This document shows positions 38,836 through 50,964 of a DNA stretch of 64,000 bases, piece by piece. The notes below the pieces were generated by a model. The model ran no database searches. It had not been told where the DNA came from and worked only from the letters and a program-made list of their open reading frames with translations. Within the stretch, counting starts at the first letter, position 1; each line of letters starts with the position of its first letter. This DNA is from Camelus ferus (Eukaryota), in NCBI RefSeq assembly GCF_009834535.1, contig NC_045696.1, positions 42,286,001-42,350,000 of the forward strand, given 5' to 3'. A program made the position numbers and the translations under genes.

Positions 38836-39370
38836 CTTTTTTTTTCTATTTATTTCTCTTATTTCTTTACTGAGATATAATTGACATATAATATGTCAGT
38901 TTTAGGTGTATAACATACTGATTTGATATTTGTATATTATTGCAAAATGATCACCACAATAAGTCTGGCTAACATCTGTCACCTTACATAGTCACAAAAA
39001 ATTTTAATTCTTTCTTTCTTTTTAAAAATTGAAGTATAGTTGATTTACAAGATTACATTAGTTTTAGGTGTACACAATAGTGACTCAAAATTTTTATAGG
39101 TTATACTCCATTTATGATTATTATAAAATATTGGCTATATTCCATGTGCCGTGCAATATATTCTTGTAGCTTATTTATTTTATACATAGTGGTTCATACT
39201 TCTTAGTCCACTACCCCTGTCTTGCCCCTCCCCTCTTCCCTCTCCCCACTGGTAGCCACCAATTTGTTCTTTATATCTGTGAGTCTGTTTCTGTTTTGTT
39301 ATATTCACCAGTTTGTTCTATTTTTTAAGATTCCACATGAGAGTGATAACATAGTGTATTTGTCTTTCTC
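38836..39370 (-). mobile_element. Two stacked L1 3' ends (older ~38836-39005; artiodactyl-type ~39010-39370)
   Basis: tttactgagatataattgacatataat... followed by attgaagtatagttgatttacaa...gattccacatgagagtgataacatag. Confidence 0.85.
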
Positions 39371-39822
39371 TCTTTGTTTCTTTCTTTCTCTTCCCTGCCC
39401 TCCCCTTCCCTCTCCCCTCCTTTTTTCTCCTTCCTTTCTTTCCTTTTTTCATTTTGCATTATCCATCTCTGTCACTTTCCATAGCCTCTCTTTCCCTTTG
39501 GCTTATGTATATGCCCAGGCCTTTTCTAACATTGATGCCAAAAATAATAAACCCCAGGACCCATCTCTCACTAATACCATCTGTCTGGAGTCCAGCAGGA
39601 CCAATTTCATTTTTCTCTTAATTCCTGTTTGTGTCGGTTGCTATAAAGTACCAGACTCCCAGGTCCCCATTCATCTACCACACTTAAATTCTCACACAAT
39701 TTGGCAAATTCCCAGTATTGTACCATGCCCAGTTCCTCCCCAACTCCTGAACTTCCTTTGGTCCTTTTGGAACTCATGGGACATCATAGCCAAATCTTTA
39801 AGGCATCTGCTTTTTGAATTCT

Positions 39823-40321
39823 TGTGCCCGTATGTTTTCAGGTCCATGTCCTACTCCTCTCCGCCGTGCTCTCTAATACAGGGAGCGGAGCTCCTCAAAA
39901 GCTCCCTTGTGATTGTTCACTGGCTGCCATCGAGGTTCAGCCAACAGAAAGCATTGTGGGACGTTAAAGCAAGACAGGAAAGGAGAGGCCATGGTACCTC
40001 TGCATCCTCTCCCCGTCGGGCTCCAGCAGTGGCTACAGCTTCCCTTTGGCTCTGGCTCCTTCTGGATGACCATCCTCTGTGGTCCCAGTAACCGCCTGTT
40101 CCAGTTCCTGCCACGCAGCCCAGCTCCTGAGCTCTGGTACCTCCTCCTCTGGGCTCCCCAGCCGAACCAGTGATAGGGCCATACTCTTGCTACTCTCTGA
40201 GTTTCTCTATTGTACCTTGTTGAGCTTTTCAGCTCTTCCAATACTTTCATAACCAGTTCCTTGAATAAAAAGGGCTGCCTTGTGTGGGTTCTCTTCTCAT
40301 GACTGGACCCCCCAAAATACA
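39823..40321 (+). mobile_element. ERVL solo LTR (LTR33/LTR41-like)
   Basis: TG...CA ends; ggttcagccaacagaaagcattg; cttttcagctcttccaatactttcataaccagttcc; AATAAA; gactggaccc...aataca. Confidence 0.75.
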
Positions 40322-40839
40322 GGGTTTATTTTTTCACCTTTCTGCTCTGACCAACATAAATATTTAGTTCCTTTAAAGGCTCATTTCCAGGTTTTCTGAG
40401 TAAATTCTATGGTTAATAAATAAAATAAAGACTTAACAATGCCATCTACTAGATAAATATTTTATATATATATATATACACACACACATTTACTGTAAAT
40501 GTATATATTTAAATCTTGAGTGTGTCACTTTACTTTTCTATACTTTATCAACTATAAAACAGGTATAAAAATGCTCTACCACTCCTGTTTGCCAGAGTTT
40601 TGTGAAACTCAAAATGCATCTGCTAGTTTGATTTTTAAAATAAAAACATGAAAAATACACATTCCAGAGAAAATAACCTCAGCCCTCAGTGGTAGATTTT
40701 GTTCTGTAGAAAGGTGAATAATGTCTGCCCAGTGGAACCCAAAGATTATGGTTTAAGACCCTGTTGGACATTAACCACTTTGTATCTAATCCAGCAACCT
40801 AATAAGTTGTAATAGATCTAGTGATAATAACGTAAACCA

Positions 40840-41330
40840 AGTCAATCACATCACTTTACTCAAGACCCTACAGCAATTTCATTTCATCCAGAGTAAAGTC
40901 AAAGTCTTCACCATGGCCTAGAGATCGTCGGTCACCTTGGTCTGCCCCACTTCATTACATTCCTGACCTTAGACTCTGCTCTAGCCACCTTGGCCTCCTA
41001 GGTGATTCTCCCTGAAAACTAAATACATTTCTACTACAGGTGCATTTACTTTACACTGGCCTTTCCTTCTGCCTGGAATTTCCTTCCAAATAAGTTCCTC
41101 ACCTTCTTGCGGTCCTTGCTCTAATCTTACCTTCACAGTGAGGACAACTGGGCCATCCTGTTTAAAATTGCAGTGCTCTTAGTGTTCCGGTCACTTCTTT
41201 ACCCTGTTTTTTTCCTTTGTTTTCCCTATGGAACGCATCATCTTTTAACATTCTGTCTAATTTATTTATCTGTTTATTGTTTGTCCAAGTAGTACATAAG
41301 TTCCACGGGGGTAGACTTTTATGTCTCCAG
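40840..41330 (+). mobile_element. LINE-2 3' fragment
   Basis: agtcttcaccatggcctagag...ttccttctgcctggaatttccttcc...ataagttccacgggggtagacttt. Confidence 0.8.
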
Positions 41331-41942
41331 TTAAAAGAAATGTTCCTGCAACTTGGCAATTACTCAATGATGATGACAAAAAGAAAACCGTGAAGGTCGG
41401 CGCTCAACCGTGGAACAATAACTTGGAGAAAAGGAAGGTCTTCAGACATCTTGGATGCAAAAGAATGTCCTCTTAGGAAATTTTCACTTCTCAAATATGT
41501 GAGGTAGATCAGTGGTATAAGTGGTGAAGTTGTAAGTGACAGAACTTGGAGTCTCTGGCCTTTAATGGTTCCTGGAGCAGTTCCTCGTGCCTGCGGATCT
41601 CAGGTTAGCCCCTTAGAATACAGTCTGGCAGAGGACTTAGTCAGAAACTTCTTCCTGCATTATGCCTGGAAGCTTGGTAAGAGTGAAAACTCCCATTCCC
41701 CGAGGGTGGGGCCTATGAACCTGCATTTTAATTTAGCATCCTCGTAAGTGTTTTAAACAAGAGCCACAATTAAAAAGAAAACTGACTTAATTTATGTACA
41801 AATTAAGGGCACACAGTTTCACAGGAAATTCATATCCAGTCAGGGTTTTAAAGATGTCTTTCAATGTTGCTCCATTCCCAGAAGGAAGTAGGGTAGGCTT
41901 CCCTGGGCAGTGAGGGATGCCCAGGGACCATCTGCTTAACTC

Positions 41943-42267
41943 TGTTGATCTTAAAAAAAAATAGAGTTATTTATCAGCAAAATGAATTTATTTGGAAATA
42001 ACAGAGAATTGCAATTGAGGACAAGCAAACCATGGTGAACCAAAAGCAAGTCCAAACAACAGAGAAGAGGGGGTTGCTTTTATGGAGGAAGAGAGAAAGT
42101 TGGGAGGAGCTGTTTTGAGGAATCCAAGGTGGTAACTGCTTCTCAATGGCTAGGCTGTTGCTGGGCAAGGAGAAATTCTTCCTTATCCTGCTGGGGTCTG
42201 AGTAGTTAGTGACAATGCCCCCGTTAATGACTCTGTATTAAATGAGGTTTCTTTATTTATTTTCATA
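41943..42267 (-). mobile_element. ERV1-class solo LTR
   Basis: Antisense LTR with reverse AATAAA (tttatt) and TATA-like (cttttat); ends tgttga / tttcata; 4-bp TSD ACTC/ATTC. Confidence 0.75.
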
Positions 42268-42989
42268 ATTCCCAGTTTCCAGGAGGCTCTCTTTAAAACC
42301 TTTCCAGAAAGATGATTTCAAAAAGCAATTAATTTTCAGGATGAATTCAGTTCTGGGCATTCCATGGCTGATTTTCAGCACAGCAGTTTCACATCCATCT
42401 TGCCAAAAGAGTTTCTGGGGAAAAATGGAGTGGTTTATAACAGATGGCCCAGTGACAGGAGTCATTTTGGCCGTGCGCAGTGTCTGCAGATCCTGATTCT
42501 GAGCCAGTAAGGCATACCACTCTTCTGAGATTGTCCAGGATCTCTTTGTACATTCTTGTTTCACTCCCTGCAACCTCCATCTCCAATTCCCCAGCCGTGC
42601 CAATTTCTCAGTTAACTGGCAAAGATTACATTAGACATTTCCTGCTCCACACTCAAGCCATGTCTTTACCGTCTGTTCAGCTTTGTCGTCTTTTTCCCCC
42701 ATCCTTAGTTTAAAGGAAAAAAAAGTCATGTAAATATTCTCCAACTATAATCTTACCTGCAACATTTTGCTTTCTTTAATAGGATCCTAGAAGAACTCAC
42801 TAATCCAATCTCAGCATCTATGAACCTTTTCTCATTGTAGGTCTTCTGTTTCTTCACTGCTCTTCCCCCTGTTCTATCTCTGCTCACATGTTTCTGGTTC
42901 CATTGCACTCATTGGGTAGATGTAGTCTCTTTATTTCCAGTGTTCTCTCTTGATTTAGGGCCTCCTTTTCTCTTGAGTGCCTTAGACTC

Positions 42990-43160
42990 ATAGGATGTTG
43001 TAAGTGACAGGTCCTTAGAGATCATCTGCTTCAAGACTTTCATTTTTAAGGTAGGGATGCTGAAACCCAGACGGGTAACAAGATTTTCCCAAAGTTCACA
43101 GCAAGACAGAGGCAGGCATGAGCCCCATCCTTTGACTCCCAGGTTAGTGCCCCTCCATAG
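42990..43160 (-). mobile_element. MIR-family SINE
   Basis: ccttagagatcatctg...cattttaaggtagggatgctgaaacccaga. Confidence 0.7.
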
Positions 43161-43304
43161 GGGCACTGTTCTCTAAGGCAGAGCTTGCAATAGCCAGCTC
43201 AGGGGCAACATGTAACCCATGGACAAGTTTTATTTAACCTGCATGTAAGTAAAAAAATTATTTATTATTTTTTAAAAATGGAGGATTTTGGAAAAGATCT
43301 AGAG

Positions 43305-43560
43305 ATAGACAGTGTAAGTGGTTAAGACCATGATTCCTGGAACTGAGAGCCCCAGTTCAAATCCCAGTTAGACTTCTTACTCATTGGTGCCCATGGAAGA
43401 GTTAATAGGCCAACCACCCTCTGTTTTCTTCATCTATAAAAAGGGGTTGTCAATAGTCCTTACCTCACTGAGTTTTAGAAGAATAAATGGCGATACATGT
43501 GAAGTGCTTACAGCAGTGCCTATTTGGCAAGTGCTCTATGTGTCTGTTATGAGCTGCCCT
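43305..43560 (+). mobile_element. MIR SINE, near full-length
   Basis: agtggttaagacc...cagttcaaatccc...ctgttttcttcatctataaaaagggg...gtgaagtgcttacagcagtgcct. Confidence 0.85.
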
Positions 43561-43903
43561 TTATTATACAGTCATGCTGTTGTAATACCAACTCAGAACC
43601 TGGAAGCTCAGCCAATTTATATTACCTTCCTGGAGCTGGTGTGCAGCTCCCTCACTCACCTGTGTATATACCTTCTGTCCTCCAAGCTCCAACCCCCTAG
43701 CTCTGGGTTCTCCATCAGAAGAACTTTTAAGGTCAGTGAAATTTTGCAGACTCACTCCAATCTGAAGGGACAGCCTGTCTGGAACTTTTTAAAGTATGGA
43801 ATAGTAATAATATTAAAGAAGAAGAAATGCAATTGTGTTAACTTCAGATGTGTAGAATGATGCTGTGATCAGGGCTTGCTGAGCTAGGCTGTCGGGGCTA
43901 GAG

Positions 43904-44139
43904 CAGTGTGTACAAACTGCAGGGGCGGACTCATTGGTGGAAAGGGGAATCAGTTCAGGAAGGTGTGACTAGAATTTTAAAAATGGAATAAAATAAATAC
44001 GCTCCATTTTGTTCTGCATAGTAAGGGCAAAAATTGTTTTGTGAAATCCTTTTCAATTGCATATTCATGTGTTTCTTTGGATAGGTTGAGGAATGCATTT
44101 CCTACTGTGAGTCCTCATCTAAAAGTTAGAAAGCCACTG
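43904..44139 (+). mobile_element. hAT-Charlie MITE (MER103-like)
   Basis: cagtg...cactg termini; gcatagtaagggcaaaaattgttttgtgaaa. Confidence 0.7.
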
Positions 44140-44789
44140 TGCAGGAGAATCTTGTATCCTAGTAACTGGATAGGAATGATTCTTAATTGACACTACCAGT
44201 TGACTTAATAGAGCACTCCTAAATTCTTCTCTTTTGAGAAGGCTCTTCTTTATATTATTTATTTGCTTAACAAACCCCTTTGTCAAGGTTCGGGGAAAAT
44301 TCCAGTACCAGAAGATTGCATAAGAGACTTGTCATCCAGGAGATTTGCCAAGGTGATCTAATCATAAAATAGTCTCCAAAATAATAATCTTGTTAATAAG
44401 TCAGTTTTCTGATTCTTGCCCATGTACATGAGGGAAGTTCGAGACTATGCATTGCTTCTGTTGTTAGTATAGTGGAGAGGATTTAGCTGCTAACAATTCT
44501 TTATTCTACCTTCAGGTGCAGTTTCCTCATTCCATTTCAGTCTGCGCTCACCAAGGCCCAGTTCTGGCTACCTGGCAACAGATACCTTAAACGTATTCTA
44601 TGAACTGAACTTCATGACATCCCCTGTTCTTCCTTGTGGCTCTAAGGCTGTCCTTTAACTTCACTGTAACTTAATTTTACTTTGATAAGCAGAGGGAAGG
44701 AGGTCCCAAAGAGCCGTTTAAGGTAGAACATGAGGCTACTTTAAACTTCCACTTGAATTCCTGGGGGCACTTCATCAGACAAAACAAAT

Positions 44790-46715
44790 TAGTGAACTAT
44801 CCCCCAAATGTATACTTACTTCATGTGAATGTACAATCATACAAATACACATTATAAAACACATACAAGAGTAGAAGTAAAGGATAAGATGAAATAAATC
44901 ATATTTTAAATAATTTTTAAATGATAGAACTAAGTATATTTTCAATAATATTTCTTTGTGTTGTTGAATATCTTTATTTTAAAATAATTAAACAACTTGA
45001 TATTGAGAATCAAAGTTCTAGTTTCAAGTATAGTTCATGTCAGTACTTGGTTTTAATGGCATAATGTTCTAAGTGGAAAGGATACCTCACACTAATACAT
45101 ATATACCCAGATGAAGTATGTCATTTGCTGTTACTGCTTTATGTGATGCTCAGCTTTTAATCTCACACATCAGTTATGCCGAAGTTTTATTGAAATTCAG
45201 TTTGTAATATTCATCTTCTCTTATGGCAATCAGTTAGTGTTTTAAAATTCATCAAAATGGATGCAGTATCTACTGAAATATTTCATTTAGAGGCTTTTTA
45301 TCTGGGTTAAATAATTCTGTTCTCATGTTTTAAAGTGTGCAAATGTAAAATATAAAGTGTGCTATGGGTAATACATATCATTTGTAGCAACGCAAATGCA
45401 TAGTAATGAAAATATTTCTTAATAGTCACTTTCAGAATCTTTTTCCTGTAATTTCTTTTGAACATCAACCACTGCCTTACTTAGCATTGAAGCATCACTT
45501 CTAACTTGAAGAGACAAGTTTGTTTACTTATTCATTTAAAAAATTATCTGCAAGGGTGCTTTCTATAGATAGCCACATGTCATTAAAGAAAAGGTCACAT
45601 GTTTGGATCTCTCGTCTTTGTAAAAGAAAAATGGGTGTCTCGTCAGTAGGGTTGATACCTTTTAAGCGCTTTGCTATGGATAACCAGGGAATTTCAAGAA
45701 CTGCAGGAGACTGTCATAACTGCTCTCCATTTTATTACAAAGTATTGTTGAAATCTTGTTTTTGTAAAATCAGTTGTGTTGCTGACATTCGGTACTGCTT
45801 TGCAGACTTCTGTTTCATCTTCTTTGCTGTAATCGTCTTTTAATGGCAGTGCATACATCTCATGTCATTGCTCTATCCATAACATATTCTAATAACTTAA
45901 ATTGTTATTATTTTTTATTACATTCAAAGCTTCTATTCCTTCAATAGTTAGCTAAAACTATGTTCATATGCACATGAAAGAAGTAATTTACTAAGTTGAA
46001 TAAGTCTTTGAGTACACTTTTCCTTTAGTTCTTCACAAGAAAATTAGTATTTCATATATGTCATTATTGGAAAAAATCTAGAATATACCATAAGTATATA
46101 TGTGAAAAACAGATATACTTTCATCTAATTGTGTCACAGACCTCCCATACCAAATAATAGTTATTACTTCAAATATGCAATAGTTTCATATTTTCCAATA
46201 GTATTTTCTGACAAAAGAATGTATTTCAATTTGTAGCCGTATTATTTCTCACATATTTTATCAGCTGTTCTTACTGCAGGAAGGACAATGTTTACTGATA
46301 GTATATGGCTTTTCTTTTGTGCTTAGGTAGGAAATTTAATATGTATTACATGTTTAGTGAAATATTGTAAAGGCCTGGGTTAATTATTTCATGGTGTTTT
46401 TGAACCACCACTAAAAAACTGTGGGCATTTGTCTTCATGTTCTGCATGATCAGTGTGTGTCTTGGTAATTATGATGGCTCTCAGACTATCACTGATATTT
46501 TAAGGCACAATATCGACTTAAGGCAAGGTTAATCTTTAAAGATGGTGGACGTGAGTGTGTATTTCACAGAAGCGTCTTGATAATTTGAATTATTTGGGGC
46601 AAATTCTTGTTAGGTTAAATTGCCATTGCTTTTCCCTCTTAATAAAGCTGACAACTTACTTGGAATAAAAGTATAAAGTCTGACATTGTCTTATTGCCTT
46701 ATGTTATTTGAGGCA
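44790..46715 (-). mobile_element. hAT-Charlie autonomous-type fossil with degraded transposase
   Basis: On the - strand, in order: BED-finger-like remnant (~46430-46580), QLDES (46117-46131), WLSIESTL (~45552-45575), C-terminal CEVSF / IKTKY (~45040-45095). Confidence 0.8.
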
Positions 46716-46729
46716 AACCATAACATTTT

Positions 46730-47000
46730 CCCATAACTTTATTACGGAATTTTGCAAATGCACACAAAATAAAAGAGGATAATGAGCCTGATGTGCTATC
46801 ACCTAGTTTTAGGAGTTATCACTGCATGGTTATATTTTAAATCCATTCTCAGACAACATATCATTTATATATATTTCAGTATGTACTTCTAGAAATGATT
46901 GCTATACTAAACACATAAAAATTCATGGTACATTGAAAATATTCTCAAATATTTAGTGTTCAACTTTCTCCTATTGTTTTATAATTTTATTTTTATATTT
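46730..47000 (-). mobile_element. Old L1 (L1MC-type) 3' end fragment
   Basis: ctttattacggaattttgcaaatgcacacaaaa...tctcagacaacatatcattt. Confidence 0.6.
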
Positions 47001-47019
47001 GAAGATAAAAGCAGTGCTT

Positions 47020-47660
47020 TGAGGATGCATTTGGGGAGTAGACCCCACAGTACTTCGTTTGGTTGAATGTGGAAGAAAGAGAGAGGAAGAGTTTGGAGGT
47101 AAAACTCAATTTTCTGGGTGAGAGATGAAGAAGAATTTAGAGGTGGTTAGGGTGAGAAAATAAAGACCTGGAAATATCAAGATGGAGATGAGAAATCGAC
47201 ATTTGAATGAATAAATCTGGGAACTCAAAAAGGGGTCATGGCTTAGAGACATAAACTTGGGAATAGATGTAGCATAGGTAATATTTAAAACTATGAGAGT
47301 AAAAGGGGAGGGTGTAGCTCAGCATGCATAAGGGTTCAATCCCCAGTACCTCCTCTAAAAATAAATGAATAAATAAACCTAATTACACCCCCCCCAGACA
47401 ACAACAACAACAGCAAAACAAACTTCTGAAACTATGAGAGTAAGAGGCAAAACAAGGTGAGACTATAGAGTAGATAAGAGAGCTCAGACCTAAGACTGAC
47501 CAATTCTGACTCCTTAAGGAGAATGAGAAGGGGTCAGAGGTAGCAGAAAAATCGAGGGTGCAGTGTGGTGAAAACCTGGAGAGAGAGGGTTCGAGAAAGC
47601 AACAGGCATCAACAGTGTTGGGTGCTGCTGAGAGGCTTCATGGAATGAGGGTTGAAAAAT
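47020..47660 (-). mobile_element. LINE-2 fragment hosting a SINE
   Basis: ggcttagagacataaacttgggaat...catcaacagtgttgggtgctgctgagagg. Confidence 0.7.
47303..47428 (+). mobile_element. Camelid tRNA-derived SINE (Vic-1-like), internally deleted
   Basis: ggggagggtgtagctc...gggttcaatccccagtacctcc...aataaacctaattacaccc. 15-bp TSD aaactatgagagtaa at 47288-47302 and 47429-47443. Confidence 0.9.
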
Positions 47661-49520
47661 CCAACCAGTTTCAGACCCTGCTCCTCCACTTGCACAATTT
47701 CTGCTGCCGAGAAATTTTGAACTGTGTGAGTCTCGATTTCATCATCTGCAAAGTGGTGCTTATGAAAGGTGGTGTTGGATGGTGGGAGCATGGGGTGGGG
47801 GTCAGGAAGTGCTCACAGTTCCTCATCCAGCGCAGTGAGAAGGGTAAGTGTGGAGGGGAGGGTGGAGCAGACCGTCTTCTACCAATTCCAAAAATCTGTG
47901 AGGTGAGGATGTTTTACCTTTACAGGATAGGGGAAGGGATTTTCTGAGTGACTCTGTAAACTACCAGGTGCTAGGCAAATATGAGGTGGTATTTCTGTTT
48001 ACCGAGACAGTAAACGTCAAAGAGAATTTTTGTTGTGTGCTTTTTGTACGTCGTGGCAGCTTTAAGGCAGATGTACCCATGATGGTGATTTCATGTAGAG
48101 GAAACTGGAGACAGGCTGTGATTCTGAGTGTTAGTGCATCAGAACCCTAAGAGTTTAGAGGTCCCCGAAGCTTTAAGATTTGCTTGACTCTGGTGTTACT
48201 AAGTTACAGCCACTTGAACATTTTGCCTTGTCCTCATGCCACAGAGCTATCCGGAAATTATGAATAATCTGAAGCCTCCGGTCGGGTGGTCAGGTCAGTG
48301 CCCTGTGCACCCATCCCTTCAGCATGACTCTCGGAGCCCCCTCCCCTTCCCTGTCATTTACTGTTATACGGGAGACCATCCCCATTCTGTAGGCCTTACT
48401 GCGGAGGTGGTCCTGAGGCTCCTGCTGCATCATGCAGAGAGAAGTCATTAGGTCCTCAAGCAGCAATCCTATGAATTAGCGAAACAAACTCAGAGCTCTC
48501 AGAATCAGGAACTCAGCTGAGTGTGTTTCTCAAGGGCAGGAACCTGCCTTAGGTTCACACAGAACCTCACATGCAATGATGCATAATCAATAAATGCTGT
48601 TAAAAAAGAGAGAGAGAGAGACTGCCTTAGGCACTCAGGCTGTGTGCCTTAATTGGAGGCAAGGCCAGCCTTTGTCGTTGGCTTATGGTGTCAGCTCTTG
48701 AGAAGATTTTTGAAGATGCTGTCAATTATCCTGTCCCCTAGATGAATACCTTTCTGGATAATGGCAATTCTACTTATGAATTCCACCCATTAATAGGCCT
48801 TGGTCTCTGACAAAATGCAAATGTGCCCAGAGGAGCAAAATTGCATTGTCAGATTCTTATATCTTACTGCATTTGAGTTCTTTGGATCTCTCCAGAGAGC
48901 ATAGTTTGACTAAAAATGTTGAGAAGAGAGACAGTGGGAGTGACGAAGTGATGGGGGGAAAAATCTAATTTTATGGACTTTGCCATTGTGCCTAGAGTTG
49001 ATTGGTAGCTTGGATACAAGGCAAGTATCCAAGGACGATGTGTTTTTCCTTTTATTCATTGTTTTCTTTTTCATTCATTCCTTTACATTTCACTTCAAAT
49101 ACATACAATGGATCAAATTCCATATACATAGTTACATATTCTTAGTACAGTTACCCTAGATGCATAATGAGGATGCAGGTAACATTTTTAGTCTTGCAGT
49201 CCCGCTTCCATGTAGCTGATTGATTAGCACAGTAACAGGAGCAAATGCAGGAGCATAGAGCTTCAGGTGACACATTCAACTAACAACATTCAGGCAAACA
49301 AAGAAAGACGAGGACTCTGGTACCAGGCAATTGCAAATTACAGATTAATGAATGTAATTTTGGTTTCAGGGATTTTCCTATTTTACTCTATAACACTGGG
49401 GCCAACATTTATTAGCTCAGAAGGGTCTGGTGAAGGCCTGCTGGCAAGGCATTAATGTACCAGGTAAGCTTTTGCATTTGCTCATTGTACACACCAGATT
49501 AGACAGCATTACTAAGCTTA

Positions 49521-49539
49521 ATCTGACCTCTAGTGGCAC
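49521..49539 (-). promoter_or_regulatory. CTCF-like motif
   Basis: Reverse strand reads GTGCCACTAGAGGTCAGAT, close to the core CCACTAG(A/G)GGGCAG. Confidence 0.55.
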
Positions 49540-50169
49540 CTTGTAATAATGAGCACACTTGAAATCTACTTAGAAGCTTTGCTGTGGGAATCCTGCCATC
49601 ACTTTAGCTTAAAACTGGGAGAAAACCTAGAGATGATCTGCTTGGCAAGCTTCCCACCCACTGCCCCATTCTGCAGGTGAGGACACTGAGGTCCAGAAAT
49701 GTTGGGTGATTTGATCAAGGTTGAAGATCTAACTGATGGTACAGACTAGATTTTTGTGCTAATATGACAGTGTCATCAAAGAACAACCAATATGCATATA
49801 TGTTTAAGTGTAGATAAGGATAAGGTGAGATATGTAAACCTAATGGCTTTCTGAATTCTGTGAGTCAACAGCATCGAGGCACTTTCAGCTCAATATCTGA
49901 ATATTTTAGTTCAAAGTATGTGGAATAACTTAGTCAAAATTACTGACTTCGGGTTAGCCGTTCTTAAATGGTGAGTTTCTTTGATTTTTTTTCTTTGAAT
50001 GGTTTAGAACCATTATGACAATAATTAACAAGTGGTATAATTCTAATGATTTTAGAAGACCAACATGCATTCATCTGATTCAATACTCAGTTCTAGATCT
50101 TGGGAATATTCAAATTGGAATAAGACATCGATCTTTGTTTACTTAATTCCAAAATCTTTAATCAAATTG

Positions 50170-50830
50170 CAGGCAGTGTAAAGTAGTGAAAAGAATGCTG
50201 GCTTCAAGTGTGAGCAGATTGGGTAAGAATTCTGGCTCATCTCTGTACTAATTTCTATTGCTGCTGTAACATATAACCACAAACCTAGTGGCTTAACACA
50301 ACACAAATTTATTCTCCTACACTTCTGGAGGTTAAAACTCCAAAATGAGTCTCAAGGGGCCACAAGGGGTAGGCAGGGTTGCTTCCTTCTGGAAACTCCA
50401 GGGGAGAATCCTCTTCTTGCCTCCTCTATGTCTTGGGGTTGCCAGCATTCCTTGGATCCTGCCTGCATCACCCTAGTCTCTGCTTCCATGGTCATATCAC
50501 CTTTTCTTCTGTAGTCAAATTTCCCTCTTATAAAGATAAACATGATTACATTTAGAAGACAACTGGATAATCTTGCCATCTCAAGACCCTTAATTTAATC
50601 ATAGCCGCAAAGTTTCTTTGGCCACATAAGGTAACATTCACAGGCGAGGGATCAGGGACATGGACATCCTTGGGGCCATTATTCCGCTTGCCACAATCTC
50701 TTATCAGCTGCGTGATCATGGTCTAATTACCTTAACCTCCCTTATAGAATTGGTTGTGAGGTTTAAAATAGAGGATAGACAACATGTATCCAGCAAGCTG
50801 CCTGGTGCTCAATCAAATAGATGCTCAGCA
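50170..50830 (+). mobile_element. MIR SINE split by the MLT1 insertion
   Basis: Head ggcagtgtaaagtagtgaaaagaatgctgg at 50170-50243; continues ttatcagctgcgtgatcatgg...ggttgtgaggtttaaa after 50700. Confidence 0.75.
50244..50695 (-). mobile_element. MaLR solo LTR (MLT1C/D-like)
   Basis: tgtactaatttctattgctgctgtaaca...tagtggcttaacacaacacaaatttatt...ccaca. Perfect 5-bp TSD ATCTC (50239-50243, 50696-50700). Confidence 0.92.
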
Positions 50831-50945
50831 ATATTCCCTTTTTGTCCCTTCGTTTAATCAATTGATAAAACCCTGAACAACAGATTATGTACATAAGAGA
50901 GGAGGTTCAAATTCTGTGTAATCTAAGAGCTATTTCTGGAAACGG

Positions 50946-50964
50946 GACTACCATCTAGTGGATG
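50946..50964 (-). promoter_or_regulatory. CTCF-like motif
   Basis: Reverse strand reads CATCCACTAGATGGTAGTC. Confidence 0.5.

Noticed and set aside
39222..40091. Longest ORF (289 aa)
   Set aside because: Chance read-through of antisense L1 3'UTR, a CT-rich tract and an LTR; low complexity and no recognisable domain
43384..43860. 158-aa ORF
   Set aside because: Begins within a MIR; no recognisable homology or exon structure
49008..49035. 9-bp hairpin cttggatac/gtatccaag
   Set aside because: Too short and expected by chance
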